NCBI GenBank assembly: GCA_965250005.1
Contig: OZ252279.1
Location: 1,440,001 to 1,472,000 of the forward strand
DNA: 32,000 bases
Direction of reading: 5' to 3'
DNA from: Demequinaceae bacterium
Lineage (GTDB): Bacteria > Actinomycetota > Actinomycetes > Actinomycetales > Demequinaceae
In this document: positions 1-7,123 of the stretch, piece after piece
Position numbering within the stretch: the first letter of the stretch is position 1
Layout: the number at the start of each line of letters is the position of its first letter
The notes under the pieces: generated by a model
Told to the model about the DNA's origin: nothing
The model's database searches: none
What the model saw: only the letters and a program-made list of their open reading frames with translations
Translations under genes and position numbers: made by a program

Positions 1-1092
1 GCATTGGCGATTCTCATTCTTATGGCCCAGGTACCGCACCTGACGAGCGTGCCCTGGGCTGTATATGCAATGGCAGCGGCGGGACTGATCGTGATCGCAT
101 TCTTGCCGCGAATCACCACGGTCGTTCCCGCGCCGCTGGTGGCGATCGTGGGCATCACCGTGATTACTGTGGTCTTCGCGATTGCTGTCCCAACGGTCGG
201 GGACGAGGGGACGCTACCCGACGGGCTGCCGACGCTGCTCTTCCCGGACGTTCCGCTGACCTCCGAAACGCTGAACATCATCTTCCCCTTCGCGATGGGC
301 GTGGCCCTCGTCGGCCTGCTGGAATCGCTCATGACGGCCAAGTTGGTTGACGACATCACGGACAACCACTCTGACAAGACTCGCGAGGCGTGGGGTCAGG
401 GCGCAGCCAACATCATCACCGGATTCTTTGGTGGCATGGGCGGTTGCGCGATGATCGGCCAGACCATGATCAACGTCAAGGCGGGACGCGCACGCACGCG
501 CCTGTCGACCTTCATGGCAGGCGTGTTCCTGCTAGTCCTGGTGGTCGCGTTGGGCGACGTCGTCGCGATGATCCCGATGGCGGCGCTTGTGGCCGTCATG
601 ATCTATGTGTCATGGGCCACGTTCGACTGGCATTCGATTCAAGTCGCGACGCTTCGCCGGATGCCCAAGTCCGAGACGATGGTGATGGTCGCCACCGTCG
701 TCACCGTCGTGATTACGCACAACCTCGCTATTGGAGTGTTGGTCGGCGTGGTGCTTGAAATGATCATGTTCGCTCGCCGCGTCGCGCACCTCGCTCAGGT
801 GGATGGCGTCCTCGAGGCTGACGGCGCTATCAAGCGCTACCGCGTTACTGGAGAGTTGTTCTTCGCCTCTTCCAACGACCTCTTCAGCCAATTCGAGTAC
901 GGAAGCGACCCCGCTCACGTCGTCATTGACCTTACGGAGTCGCATGTGTGGGATGCGTCGACTGTTGCTGCTCTTGACTCGGTGATCACTAAGTACGAGC
1001 GCCGCGGCATCACCGTCGAGCTCCAGGGACTTAACGACACGAGCATGGACATGCGCGACCGCCTGGCAGGCCATCTGGCTGGAAGCCATTAG
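1..1092 (+). CDS. SulP-family anion transporter, C-terminal portion with STAS domain (5' end lies outside window)
   Basis: The frame is open from base 1. There are multiple hydrophobic helices and the motif GQGAANIITGFFGGMGGCAMIGQTMINVKAG, typical of SulP/SLC26 cores. The C-terminal ~100 aa (YRVTGELFFASS...VIDLTESHVWDASTVAALD) looks like a STAS / anti-sigma-antagonist fold. Confidence 0.8.
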   Translation, partial: ALAILILMAQVPHLTSVPWAVYAMAAAGLIVIAFLPRITTVVPAPLVAIVGITVITVVFAIAVPTVGDEGTLPDGLPTLLFPDVPLTSETLNIIFPFAMGVALVGLLESLMTAKLVDDITDNHSDKTREAWGQGAANIITGFFGGMGGCAMIGQTMINVKAGRARTRLSTFMAGVFLLVLVVALGDVVAMIPMAALVAVMIYVSWATFDWHSIQVATLRRMPKSETMVMVATVVTVVITHNLAIGVLVGVVLEMIMFARRVAHLAQVDGVLEADGAIKRYRVTGELFFASSNDLFSQFEYGSDPAHVVIDLTESHVWDASTVAALDSVITKYERRGITVELQGLNDTSMDMRDRLAGHLAGSH

Positions 1093-1235
1093 GCGGAACC
1101 GCCCAGGGAGCACGCCTACACCGTTGATCGTTGACACCCCGAACGGCGCTGTCAATGTCACGATCGGGCAGAGTCCGTGGCTGTTCGGGATAGTCTGTCT
1201 GCAGAAAGCGCGCATGCGCTGAACGAGGAGAAGTC

Positions 1236-2177
1236 ATGAACGCGGAAAACCCGGCCAACCCGGGACCGACGGAGGCGTTCCAGCCCCCGCCAGCTCGCCC
1301 GGTGGCCCCGGCACCGACACAACCCGTTGCTGGCGCGCCTGCGCAGTTCCCTCCGAGCGTCCGACCGACCGCGCAACAGCCATCGCAACAGCAACCGGTG
1401 GCGAGCGCTGCGGGCCAGCAAGGCACCGGGGGCGCCGCGCGACCCCCCGCACAACGGCCGGCGCACCCCGGCACACCTCAAGTCGCACCCCCGCCTCCGC
1501 AGGCCGCTCCGGCCACCGGGGCGCAGCCAGCCCCAGCGCCTAGGACGGGCGCGATTCAGCCGTCACGCACGCAGCCGGTACCCGCCGCCCAGCCGGGCAA
1601 GCCCGCGCAACCGACACCCGGCGCACAACCGACGACAACCCAGACCGGAACCGGGCCGCGACGCGCGACGTTTAAGACCACGGGATCAATTAGGACAACG
1701 CAGGCCGAGGTCAAGGAAGAGCCCAAGAAGAGCCGGTTTGCCGCGCTGGCGAACCTGGGCCGCGGCGACAAACAGGACGTGACCGACACTGAACCCAAGC
1801 GTTCTCCCAAGGGTGGACCCCGCAAGGTTCGCGTGATGGTGAGGAGCGTCGACCCGTGGTCGATCATGAAACTCGCGTTCCTGCTCGCGGTCTCTGCGGG
1901 AATCATGTTCGTGGTTGCCGTGAGTATCGTTTGGGGCGTACTCAACAATATGGGCGTGTTCGACCAGATTCAGGAGCAAATCACGACGCTCTTTGGCGGC
2001 GAGACGGAAGTCGATCTGCTGCAGTTCTTCGACTACAACAAAGTGATGTCCGCTGCGGTGCTTCTGGGTGTATTCAACACCGTAATCTTCACGGCTCTCG
2101 GTACCATAGGCGCGCTCCTGTATAACGTCGTAGGCAAGATGATCGGTGGCATCTACGTCACGCTGACGGACGACTAG
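1236..2177 (+). CDS. DUF3566-type membrane protein (Rv0007-like) with long Pro/Ala/Gln-rich N-terminus
   Basis: ATG is preceded by GAGGAG. The C-terminal ~115 aa (VDPWSIMKLAFLL...GALLYNVVGKMIGGIYVTLTDD) matches the conserved two-TM DUF3566 module. Its position immediately upstream of tRNA-Ile/tRNA-Ala matches Rv0007 in mycobacteria. Confidence 0.8.
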   Translation: MNAENPANPGPTEAFQPPPARPVAPAPTQPVAGAPAQFPPSVRPTAQQPSQQQPVASAAGQQGTGGAARPPAQRPAHPGTPQVAPPPPQAAPATGAQPAPAPRTGAIQPSRTQPVPAAQPGKPAQPTPGAQPTTTQTGTGPRRATFKTTGSIRTTQAEVKEEPKKSRFAALANLGRGDKQDVTDTEPKRSPKGGPRKVRVMVRSVDPWSIMKLAFLLAVSAGIMFVVAVSIVWGVLNNMGVFDQIQEQITTLFGGETEVDLLQFFDYNKVMSAAVLLGVFNTVIFTALGTIGALLYNVVGKMIGGIYVTLTDD

Positions 2178-2228
2178 GGTGAGCCAAGACGGACGCGCGA
2201 ACGAGCGAGTTTGAGTCGCCTCCCTGCG

Positions 2229-2257
2229 TTGGGGTATTGTCGGACGCCGCAGATAAT
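2229..2257 (+). promoter_or_regulatory. Putative sigma-70-type promoter for tRNA-Ile (-35 TTGGGG, 17-nt spacer, -10 GATAAT)
   Basis: TTGGGG at 2229-2234 and GATAAT at 2252-2257. The tRNA 5' end lies 7 nt downstream at 2264. This rests on a motif match only. Confidence 0.35.
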
Positions 2258-2263
2258 TTGCAC

Positions 2264-2338
2264 GGGCCCATAGCTCAGCTCGGTTAGAGCGCTTCACTGA
2301 TAATGAAGAGGTCGGAGGTTCAAGTCCTCCTGGGCCCA
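2264..2338 (+). tRNA. tRNA-Ile (anticodon GAT)
   Basis: The cloverleaf was folded by hand: acceptor GGGCCCA/TGGGCCC, D arm GCTC..GAGC, anticodon stem CTTCA/TGAAG with loop CT-GAT-AA, and T arm GGAGG-TTCAAGT-CCTCC. CCA is not encoded. Confidence 0.93.
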
Positions 2339-2352
2339 CAAGGATGGTGAAC

Positions 2353-2478
2353 ATGAAGAAAGCGATGATCGCGCTAGGCGCGGTTGCTGCAATCGTCGTG
2401 GTTGCTGCCGCAGTTAGGATTGTGCAGAAAAATACGGATCGTGACATCTGGGACGACGTCCTTGATGGGCCGGTCTAG
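2353..2478 (+). CDS. Small single-TM protein, 41 aa (MKKAMIALGAVAAIVVVAAAVRIVQKNTDRDIWDDVLDGPV), resembling the actinobacterial DLW-39 small-protein family
   Basis: AAGGA at 2340-2344 lies 8 nt before the ATG. The protein has an N-terminal hydrophobic helix followed by an acidic D-I-W-D tail. It sits exactly between tRNA-Ile and tRNA-Ala and is below the 60-aa cutoff of the ORF track. Confidence 0.6.
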   Translation: MKKAMIALGAVAAIVVVAAAVRIVQKNTDRDIWDDVLDGPV

Positions 2479-2505
2479 TACGCAGGGAATGTAGCGGTAC
2501 TGCTC

Positions 2506-2578
2506 GGGGCCTTAGCTCAATTGGTAGAGCGCCTGCTTTGCAAGCAGGAGGTCGGGGGTTCGATTCCCCCAGGCTCCA
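2506..2578 (+). tRNA. tRNA-Ala (anticodon TGC)
   Basis: Acceptor GGGGCCT/AGGCTCC includes the G3:U70 alanine identity pair. The anticodon loop is CT-TGC-AA and the T arm is CGGGGG-TTCGATT-CCCCC(A). CCA is not encoded. Confidence 0.93.
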
Positions 2579-2592
2579 CAAGTCGAGAATGA

Positions 2593-2624
2593 GTACGGGC
2601 CCGGCCGATCGGCCGGGCCCGTAC
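2593..2624. terminator. Perfect 32-nt palindrome (GTACGGGCCCGGCC-GATC-GGCCGGGCCCGTAC), probable bidirectional terminator
   Basis: It lies between the 3' end of tRNA-Ala (+) and the 3' end of the convergent 2655..3641 gene (-). The 14-bp GC-rich stem is followed by CGTTTC on the + strand. Confidence 0.6.
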
Positions 2625-2654
2625 CGTTTCTAGATTGCGGCTTCGGCTAGTTGG

Positions 2655-3641
2655 CTAGGATTTCTTGGTGCCGGGCTTCTTAGCGGCCGGCTTCTTGGTG
2701 CCGGGCTTCTTAGCGGCCGGCTTCTTGGCGGCGGCCTCGTCAACCGCGCCGTCGTCACCCCAGACGTCCTCGAGGTCATCGATCGCTCGCTCGACCTCGT
2801 CAGCCGCTCGTTCGCGCGCAGTCTTGACGCGCCCCCGAACAGCGGAGGCAGCGGGGCCGGCCTGTTCGCGCACGCGCCGCGCCTCAGAGACAGCGGCTTC
2901 ACGGAGCTTCTTCGCCGCGGGCCCCGCCTCTTCCCGTACTTTGTGGGCGCCAGCGACCGCAGAGTCACGGGCCTTGCGAGCAAGCGGACCGGCCTCTTCC
3001 TTCACACGTTGAGCCGTTGGGCCGGCTGCCTCGACAACCGCCGCGACCGCCGCACCAGCAGCGGTGACGACAACATCGCTCGCATGACGGATGGTGTCCT
3101 CGGCGCTGTCGAGAGCGTGGTTGATGGACGTCCGCGCACGTGCAGCGCGGACCCGCTGCTCGCTCTTGAACTCCCACTCCTCGTCTCCTTCTGCCCAGTG
3201 TTCGGTCTCCGGATCACGCTTGGCCCACACGACTACTGCGGCGCCAGCGGCTGCGACGACAGCGAGAGGGATGATCACAGCGCCCCAGTTGAAGGCGCGT
3301 TCGTCTTCTTCAGTTTCTTCGCCAGCATGGCGTACCGCGCCGACTACTGCAGGAATGACTGAGCCAACGATCGCCGCGTGCACGGCATCGGCGAAATTTT
3401 CGGCACGTCCACCAGCGGCGGAAACGTATGGAGCGGCTTTGCGGGCGCCTTTCCGATAGGCCTTGCGGGCACGCGGCTCAACCCAATCGTGTGCGGCGTC
3501 GTAGCGAGGCTCTGCCCACTCCTGTGCGCGGCGGGCGGCGTCACGAGCGGCTTCTGCGCTGTGGCGCGCCTGCTCGCGAATTGCCTCCGAGTCAACGTGG
3601 TCCCGCAACTCCCGTGCGCGGTCCCGATAGCGTCCAAACAT
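2655..3641 (-). CDS. Hypothetical Ala/Arg-rich membrane-anchored protein with helical repeats and Lys-Pro-Ala C-terminal tail (occupies the CwsA/Rv0008c position)
   Basis: ATG is preceded by AGGAGG. One strong TM segment is present (WGAVIIPLAVVAAAGAAVVVWAK, aa ~119-140). The motif E-x-AGP-x-A-x-x-x-R occurs four times between aa 204 and 270, three of them at 22-aa spacing. The tail is AAAKKPAAKKPGTKKPAAKKPGTKKS. No family was recognised with confidence. Confidence 0.7.
   Translation of the reverse strand: MFGRYRDRARELRDHVDSEAIREQARHSAEAARDAARRAQEWAEPRYDAAHDWVEPRARKAYRKGARKAAPYVSAAGGRAENFADAVHAAIVGSVIPAVVGAVRHAGEETEEDERAFNWGAVIIPLAVVAAAGAAVVVWAKRDPETEHWAEGDEEWEFKSEQRVRAARARTSINHALDSAEDTIRHASDVVVTAAGAAVAAVVEAAGPTAQRVKEEAGPLARKARDSAVAGAHKVREEAGPAAKKLREAAVSEARRVREQAGPAASAVRGRVKTARERAADEVERAIDDLEDVWGDDGAVDEAAAKKPAAKKPGTKKPAAKKPGTKKS
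2661..2729. repeat. 30-bp direct tandem repeat, 2.3 copies, inside the 3' end of the 2655..3641 CDS
   Basis: 2661-2690 and 2691-2720 are identical except for the first base (tttcttggtgccgggcttcttagcggccgg / cttcttggtg...), followed by the partial copy cttcttggc. The repeat encodes the KKPAAKKPGT units. Confidence 0.9.
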
Positions 3642-3730
3642 GATGTCCTCCTGATCTGCGGGGGTTCCCCGCTACTACCCATCGTGCCACCAAGAAAGCG
3701 TCAAGGCCAGGCGCGTGCGAGAATGGGCGC

Positions 3731-4267
3731 ATGATCGCAACCATTGAGACAACCGCCGGAGACATCCGCGTCGAACTTTACGAGAACCACGCTCCGACGA
3801 CCGTGGCCAACTTCACCGGCCTCGCCACCGGCGAGAAGGAGTGGAAGGACCCTATGACGGGTGAACCGAGCCACGAGCCGTTCTACAACGGACTGGTATT
3901 CCACCGCGTGATTTCCGGGTTCATGATTCAGGGCGGTTGCCCTGAAGGCACAGGGACTGGCGGACCTGGCTACAACTTCGACGACGAGATCCACCCGGAA
4001 CTCAGTTTTTCCGAACCGTACTTGTTGGCGATGGCGAACGCAGGCAAGCGCCCCCACCCCGTCACGGGTCAGCCTGCCGGAACTAATGGCTCTCAGTTCT
4101 TCATTACCTTGGGCGCGACTCCGCACTTGACGGGATTGCACACCATCTTCGGCAAGGTCGTGGACGACGAGTCCAAAGCCGTTGTAGACAAGATCGGCGC
4201 GACCTCGGTTGGCCGTAACGACCGGCCGGATGAAGATGTCATGATCACGAGCGTGACGATCGCCTAG
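3731..4267 (+). CDS. ppiA: Peptidyl-prolyl cis-trans isomerase, cyclophilin type
   Basis: Cyclophilin motifs are present: FHRVISGFMIQGGCP, MANAGKRP...GTNGSQFFIT, HTIFGKVV. Synteny matches Rv0009. Confidence 0.93.
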   Translation: MIATIETTAGDIRVELYENHAPTTVANFTGLATGEKEWKDPMTGEPSHEPFYNGLVFHRVISGFMIQGGCPEGTGTGGPGYNFDDEIHPELSFSEPYLLAMANAGKRPHPVTGQPAGTNGSQFFITLGATPHLTGLHTIFGKVVDDESKAVVDKIGATSVGRNDRPDEDVMITSVTIA

Positions 4268-4268
4268 C

Positions 4269-5036
4269 GTGACGAATTCTGGTTCGGAGGCGGGTGCTGT
4301 TGCGCCCACGTGCCCGCGCCACCCCGGAATCGTCTCCTATGTTCGTTGCCAACGCTGCGGCCGACCGACCTGCTCAGACTGTCAGCGCGTAGCGCCGGTC
4401 GGCATTCAGTGCGTTGATTGCGTCAAAGAAGCGCAGGGGGCGGCGCGCCCGGTGAGGTCGGCCATTGGCCTTCCCATCCGGCGTGGCCGTCCCGTTCTCA
4501 CGTTCGCGCTGATCATCGTCAACGTCGCGGTGTATTTTGCGGCCCCGATCTTCCTCGGAGCCAGCTGGCGCACGGATCTCGCACTGTTCCCGGCCTTCGC
4601 TGACCTCGAAGTGTGGAGGTGGGTGACGGCAGCGTTCGCCCATCAGGGCATTTTTCACATAGGCGTCAACATGTTCATGCTGTTCCAATTTGGATCGTTT
4701 GTTGAGCCGCTTCTTGGACGCGCGCGCTTCGCCGTGCTCTACGGGATGTCACTGCTGGGGTCCAGTGCTCTGATTGCGATCATGGGAAGCGCAAACTCGT
4801 ATCACTTGGGCGCATCGGGAGCGGTATTCGGCTTGCTGGCCGCCTACGTGATCATCGCGGGTCGCCTTCGGTTGCGCACGCAGTCCTTGATGCTAATGGC
4901 TGGCGCGTGGTTGGTTGCCGGGTTCTTTGTCCCGGGCCTGTCTTGGCAAGGGCACTTGGGCGGGGCTGTCGCGGGCGTGATCGTGACTGCACTGATGCTC
5001 CGGGGGGTTGGCGACAGGAACGGCAAAGGCAACTAG
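4269..5036 (+). CDS. Rhomboid-family intramembrane serine protease with N-terminal Cys-rich zinc-ribbon-like region
   Basis: The catalytic GASGAVFG motif (GxSG) and a downstream H in WQGHLGGAVAG are present, with six predicted hydrophobic helices. The N-terminus carries CPRH, CQRC, CSDC and CVDC. The GTG start is 1 nt after the ppiA stop. Confidence 0.85.
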   Translation: MTNSGSEAGAVAPTCPRHPGIVSYVRCQRCGRPTCSDCQRVAPVGIQCVDCVKEAQGAARPVRSAIGLPIRRGRPVLTFALIIVNVAVYFAAPIFLGASWRTDLALFPAFADLEVWRWVTAAFAHQGIFHIGVNMFMLFQFGSFVEPLLGRARFAVLYGMSLLGSSALIAIMGSANSYHLGASGAVFGLLAAYVIIAGRLRLRTQSLMLMAGAWLVAGFFVPGLSWQGHLGGAVAGVIVTALMLRGVGDRNGKGN

Positions 5037-5100
5037 TTTTCCCCCGGTGTGCACAACTGTGGGGATAACTACACTGGTGTCATTCGCCCGGAGTAGGTAA

Positions 5101-5343
5101 TTACTTCCAGCGCGTAGTCAGCATGAAGCCTGAAATAATCATCACGAAGCCGACGCCAATGTTCCAGTTTCGAATCGGCAGCGGATATTGCGCGCCCGTG
5201 ACGTAGTAGATGAGAATCCACACCACGCCGGCGATCATCAGCGACGCCATGGTCGGCACGAGCCACTTCGGGTTCTCGGACGTCTTGCCCGCTCCACGAG
5301 GAGGGGTGTAGACATTTTTGTTTCGCTTCTTCGAGACGGCCAC
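5101..5343 (-). CDS. crgA: Cell division protein CrgA
   Basis: This is an 80-aa protein with two TM helices and the characteristic N-terminus MAVSKKRNKNVYTPP...NPKWLVP. It has a GTG start with GAGAGGA upstream. Synteny matches Rv0011c. Confidence 0.92.
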   Translation of the reverse strand: MAVSKKRNKNVYTPPRGAGKTSENPKWLVPTMASLMIAGVVWILIYYVTGAQYPLPIRNWNIGVGFVMIISGFMLTTRWK

Positions 5344-5454
5344 GGCGTCCTCTCACGGTCAGGGCGCCCAGGAGGCACCATTGCTGGCCCTAGCGTACCC
5401 AGCGCACGGCGCAAGCGCGACAATCGCTAGAGCCGTCCCGTAGTCTTGGGCGCT

Positions 5455-6318
5455 ATGGCCCACGTGACGATCACGCCAGAATCTCCGCTGCGAGCGCACG
5501 CGCAACAGCGATCGCGCCACTCAGCGGGATTGGTTGGCGGCGCGCAATCACGGCGGTGGAGCGCTTCAGTGCTAGCGGTCATCGGCGAAGTCATGGTTAC
5601 GGCCGGTGCGCTTCTTGGTCTGCTCGTGGTGTGGGAACTTTTTTGGACAGACGTGGGCGCCAACAGAGACCAGGCAAGCTTGGTCTCAGCGCTCGAGGTC
5701 GAATGGGACATTGACACCCTACCGATTCCGGTGCTGGACACGAGCGGCGGTCCGCCGGTCTACGAGGTCACCCCAGCCGACCTAATCCAGCGGACTGATC
5801 CGGCACCGATTCTGGAGGAGCCGCGCATCGCTAAAACTTTCGCCACCATGTATGTTCCGCGCTGGGGTCTCGATTACGTCAAGCCCATAAGCCAGGGGGT
5901 GAGCCGTAGAGCCGTTCTTGACCCCCTGGGAATTGGCCACTATCCCGATACGGCGATGCCGGGCGCCGTTGGCAACTTTGCCGTGGCCGCGCACCGAACC
6001 ACGTACGGGAAGCCATTCGCGGATATTGACCGGCTGCGCGTTGGAGATCCGATTCTCATTCGGACGGAGAACACGTGGTACGTCTACACCGTGACCGAGT
6101 ACGAGATTGTCCGGCCCAACCACGTTTCGTCCATCGCTGTGAACCCGTTCAACCCGGGCGTAGCGCATGACAACCGATACATCACCTTGACGACGTGCCA
6201 TCCAAGATACTCGGCAGTCCAGCGCTACATCGTGCACGGAGAACTCGCGTACTGGGCCCCGACAGGCGAAGGGTTTCCGGCCGAGCTTATTCCCGCCGGC
6301 GCAGAGACGAACAGCTGA
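5455..6318 (+). CDS. Class E sortase
   Basis: An N-terminal TM anchor, the HRTTYG histidine motif, the catalytic TLTTCHP (TLxTC) motif and a downstream Arg (QRYIVHG) are present. I prefer the ATG at 5455 over the TTG at 5446 used by the track. Confidence 0.85.
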   Translation: MAHVTITPESPLRAHAQQRSRHSAGLVGGAQSRRWSASVLAVIGEVMVTAGALLGLLVVWELFWTDVGANRDQASLVSALEVEWDIDTLPIPVLDTSGGPPVYEVTPADLIQRTDPAPILEEPRIAKTFATMYVPRWGLDYVKPISQGVSRRAVLDPLGIGHYPDTAMPGAVGNFAVAAHRTTYGKPFADIDRLRVGDPILIRTENTWYVYTVTEYEIVRPNHVSSIAVNPFNPGVAHDNRYITLTTCHPRYSAVQRYIVHGELAYWAPTGEGFPAELIPAGAETNS

Positions 6319-6476
6319 TGTACGCGTGGATTTGGCGGACGCTGCCAGGCCCCGTTTGGGTTCGGGCACTTACCTCGCTCGCGCTCGTAGCGGCTTTCAT
6401 CCTGGTGCTTTTCGAATGGGTGTATCCCTGGCTTGCCCCGCTACTTCCCTTCCAGCAGCAGACCATCACGGAGTAA
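6318..6476 (+). CDS. Small membrane protein, 52 aa (MYAWIWRTLPGPVWVRALTSLALVAAFILVLFEWVYPWLAPLLPFQQQTITE)
   Basis: The ATG shares its A with the sortase TGA stop (TGATG at 6316-6320). It has one clear TM helix and is Trp/Pro-rich. It is the downstream part of track ORF 6195..6476, whose first 41 codons overlap the sortase out of frame. Confidence 0.55.
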   Translation: MYAWIWRTLPGPVWVRALTSLALVAAFILVLFEWVYPWLAPLLPFQQQTITE

Positions 6477-6480
6477 TCTC

Positions 6481-7107
6481 ATGGCTCGAATCTTGGTTAT
6501 CGATAACTATGACTCGTTCGTCTACACGATCGTGGGGTACCTGCGCCAGATGGGCGCGGAAACAACGGTGGTCCGTAACGATGCGGTAGAGACAGTTGGC
6601 ATCATTGAGTCGTACGACGGCGTTCTGATCTCGCCGGGTCCCGGTACGCCGGGTGAGGCAGGGTCGTCGAACGACGTGGTCCGCGCCTGTACCGAGTCGT
6701 CTACCCCCATGCTGGGAATCTGCTTGGGGTATCAGGCCTTGGCCGAGGTTTTCGGGGGAGTAGTGTCTCATGCGCCAGAACTCATGCACGGAAAGACCAG
6801 CGAAATCATCCACGCCGGCGCATCGGTCTTGGCTGGACTTCCCACTCCGTTTCAGGCGACTCGGTATCACTCGTTAGCCGTAGAGCCCGAGACCGTGCCG
6901 GGCGAGCTCGACGTGACAGCTCGAACCGAATCCGGAATTATCATGGGGCTGAGCCACAAGACGCTCCCGCTGCACGGCGTGCAGTTTCATCCGGAGTCAG
7001 TGCTCACCGAGGGGGGGCACCGGTTGCTCGCGAACTGGCTCGAGATGTGTGGGATGCCAGACCCCGAAGAGCGGTCCGCGGGACTGTCACCGTTGGTCCG
7101 GCAATAG
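6481..7107 (+). CDS. trpG: Glutamine amidotransferase, anthranilate/aminodeoxychorismate synthase component II
   Basis: MARILVIDNYDSFVYT, GICLGYQAL (catalytic Cys) and VQFHPESVLT (His/Glu) are present. GGAG lies 8 nt upstream of the ATG at 6481. Synteny matches Rv0013. The track ORF starts 16 codons too early. Confidence 0.9.
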   Translation: MARILVIDNYDSFVYTIVGYLRQMGAETTVVRNDAVETVGIIESYDGVLISPGPGTPGEAGSSNDVVRACTESSTPMLGICLGYQALAEVFGGVVSHAPELMHGKTSEIIHAGASVLAGLPTPFQATRYHSLAVEPETVPGELDVTARTESGIIMGLSHKTLPLHGVQFHPESVLTEGGHRLLANWLEMCGMPDPEERSAGLSPLVRQ

Positions 7108-7123
7108 CGCCACTCGCGGCGCT
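7106..7123. terminator. Short hairpin AGCGCC-actcgc-GGCGCT spanning both convergent stop codons (trpG TAG, polyprenyl synthase TAG)
   Basis: A 6-bp GC stem is seen directly. It is too short to call a strong terminator. Confidence 0.25.

Noticed and set aside
610-1215. 201-aa minus-strand ORF antisense to the SulP STAS region. Similar cases are 3701..4309, 5782..6369, 8537..9112, 11033..11578, 20359..20856 and 25446..26135.
   Set aside because: All are shadow ORFs opposite genes with strong family signatures. None has a recognisable domain or a convincing ribosome-binding site.
1686-2447. 253-aa minus-strand ORF
   Set aside because: It runs antisense through the DUF3566 TM module, tRNA-Ile and the small ORF. 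A CDS cannot sensibly contain a tRNA gene on the opposite strand in this arrangement, and no motifs were found.
5037-5100. Possible terminator between convergent rhomboid and crgA (CCCC-GGTGTGCACAACTGT-GGGG)
   Set aside because: Only a 4-bp outer stem plus a short internal TGTGCACA palindrome is present, with no convincing extended stem or T-tract. This is too weak to report as a feature.
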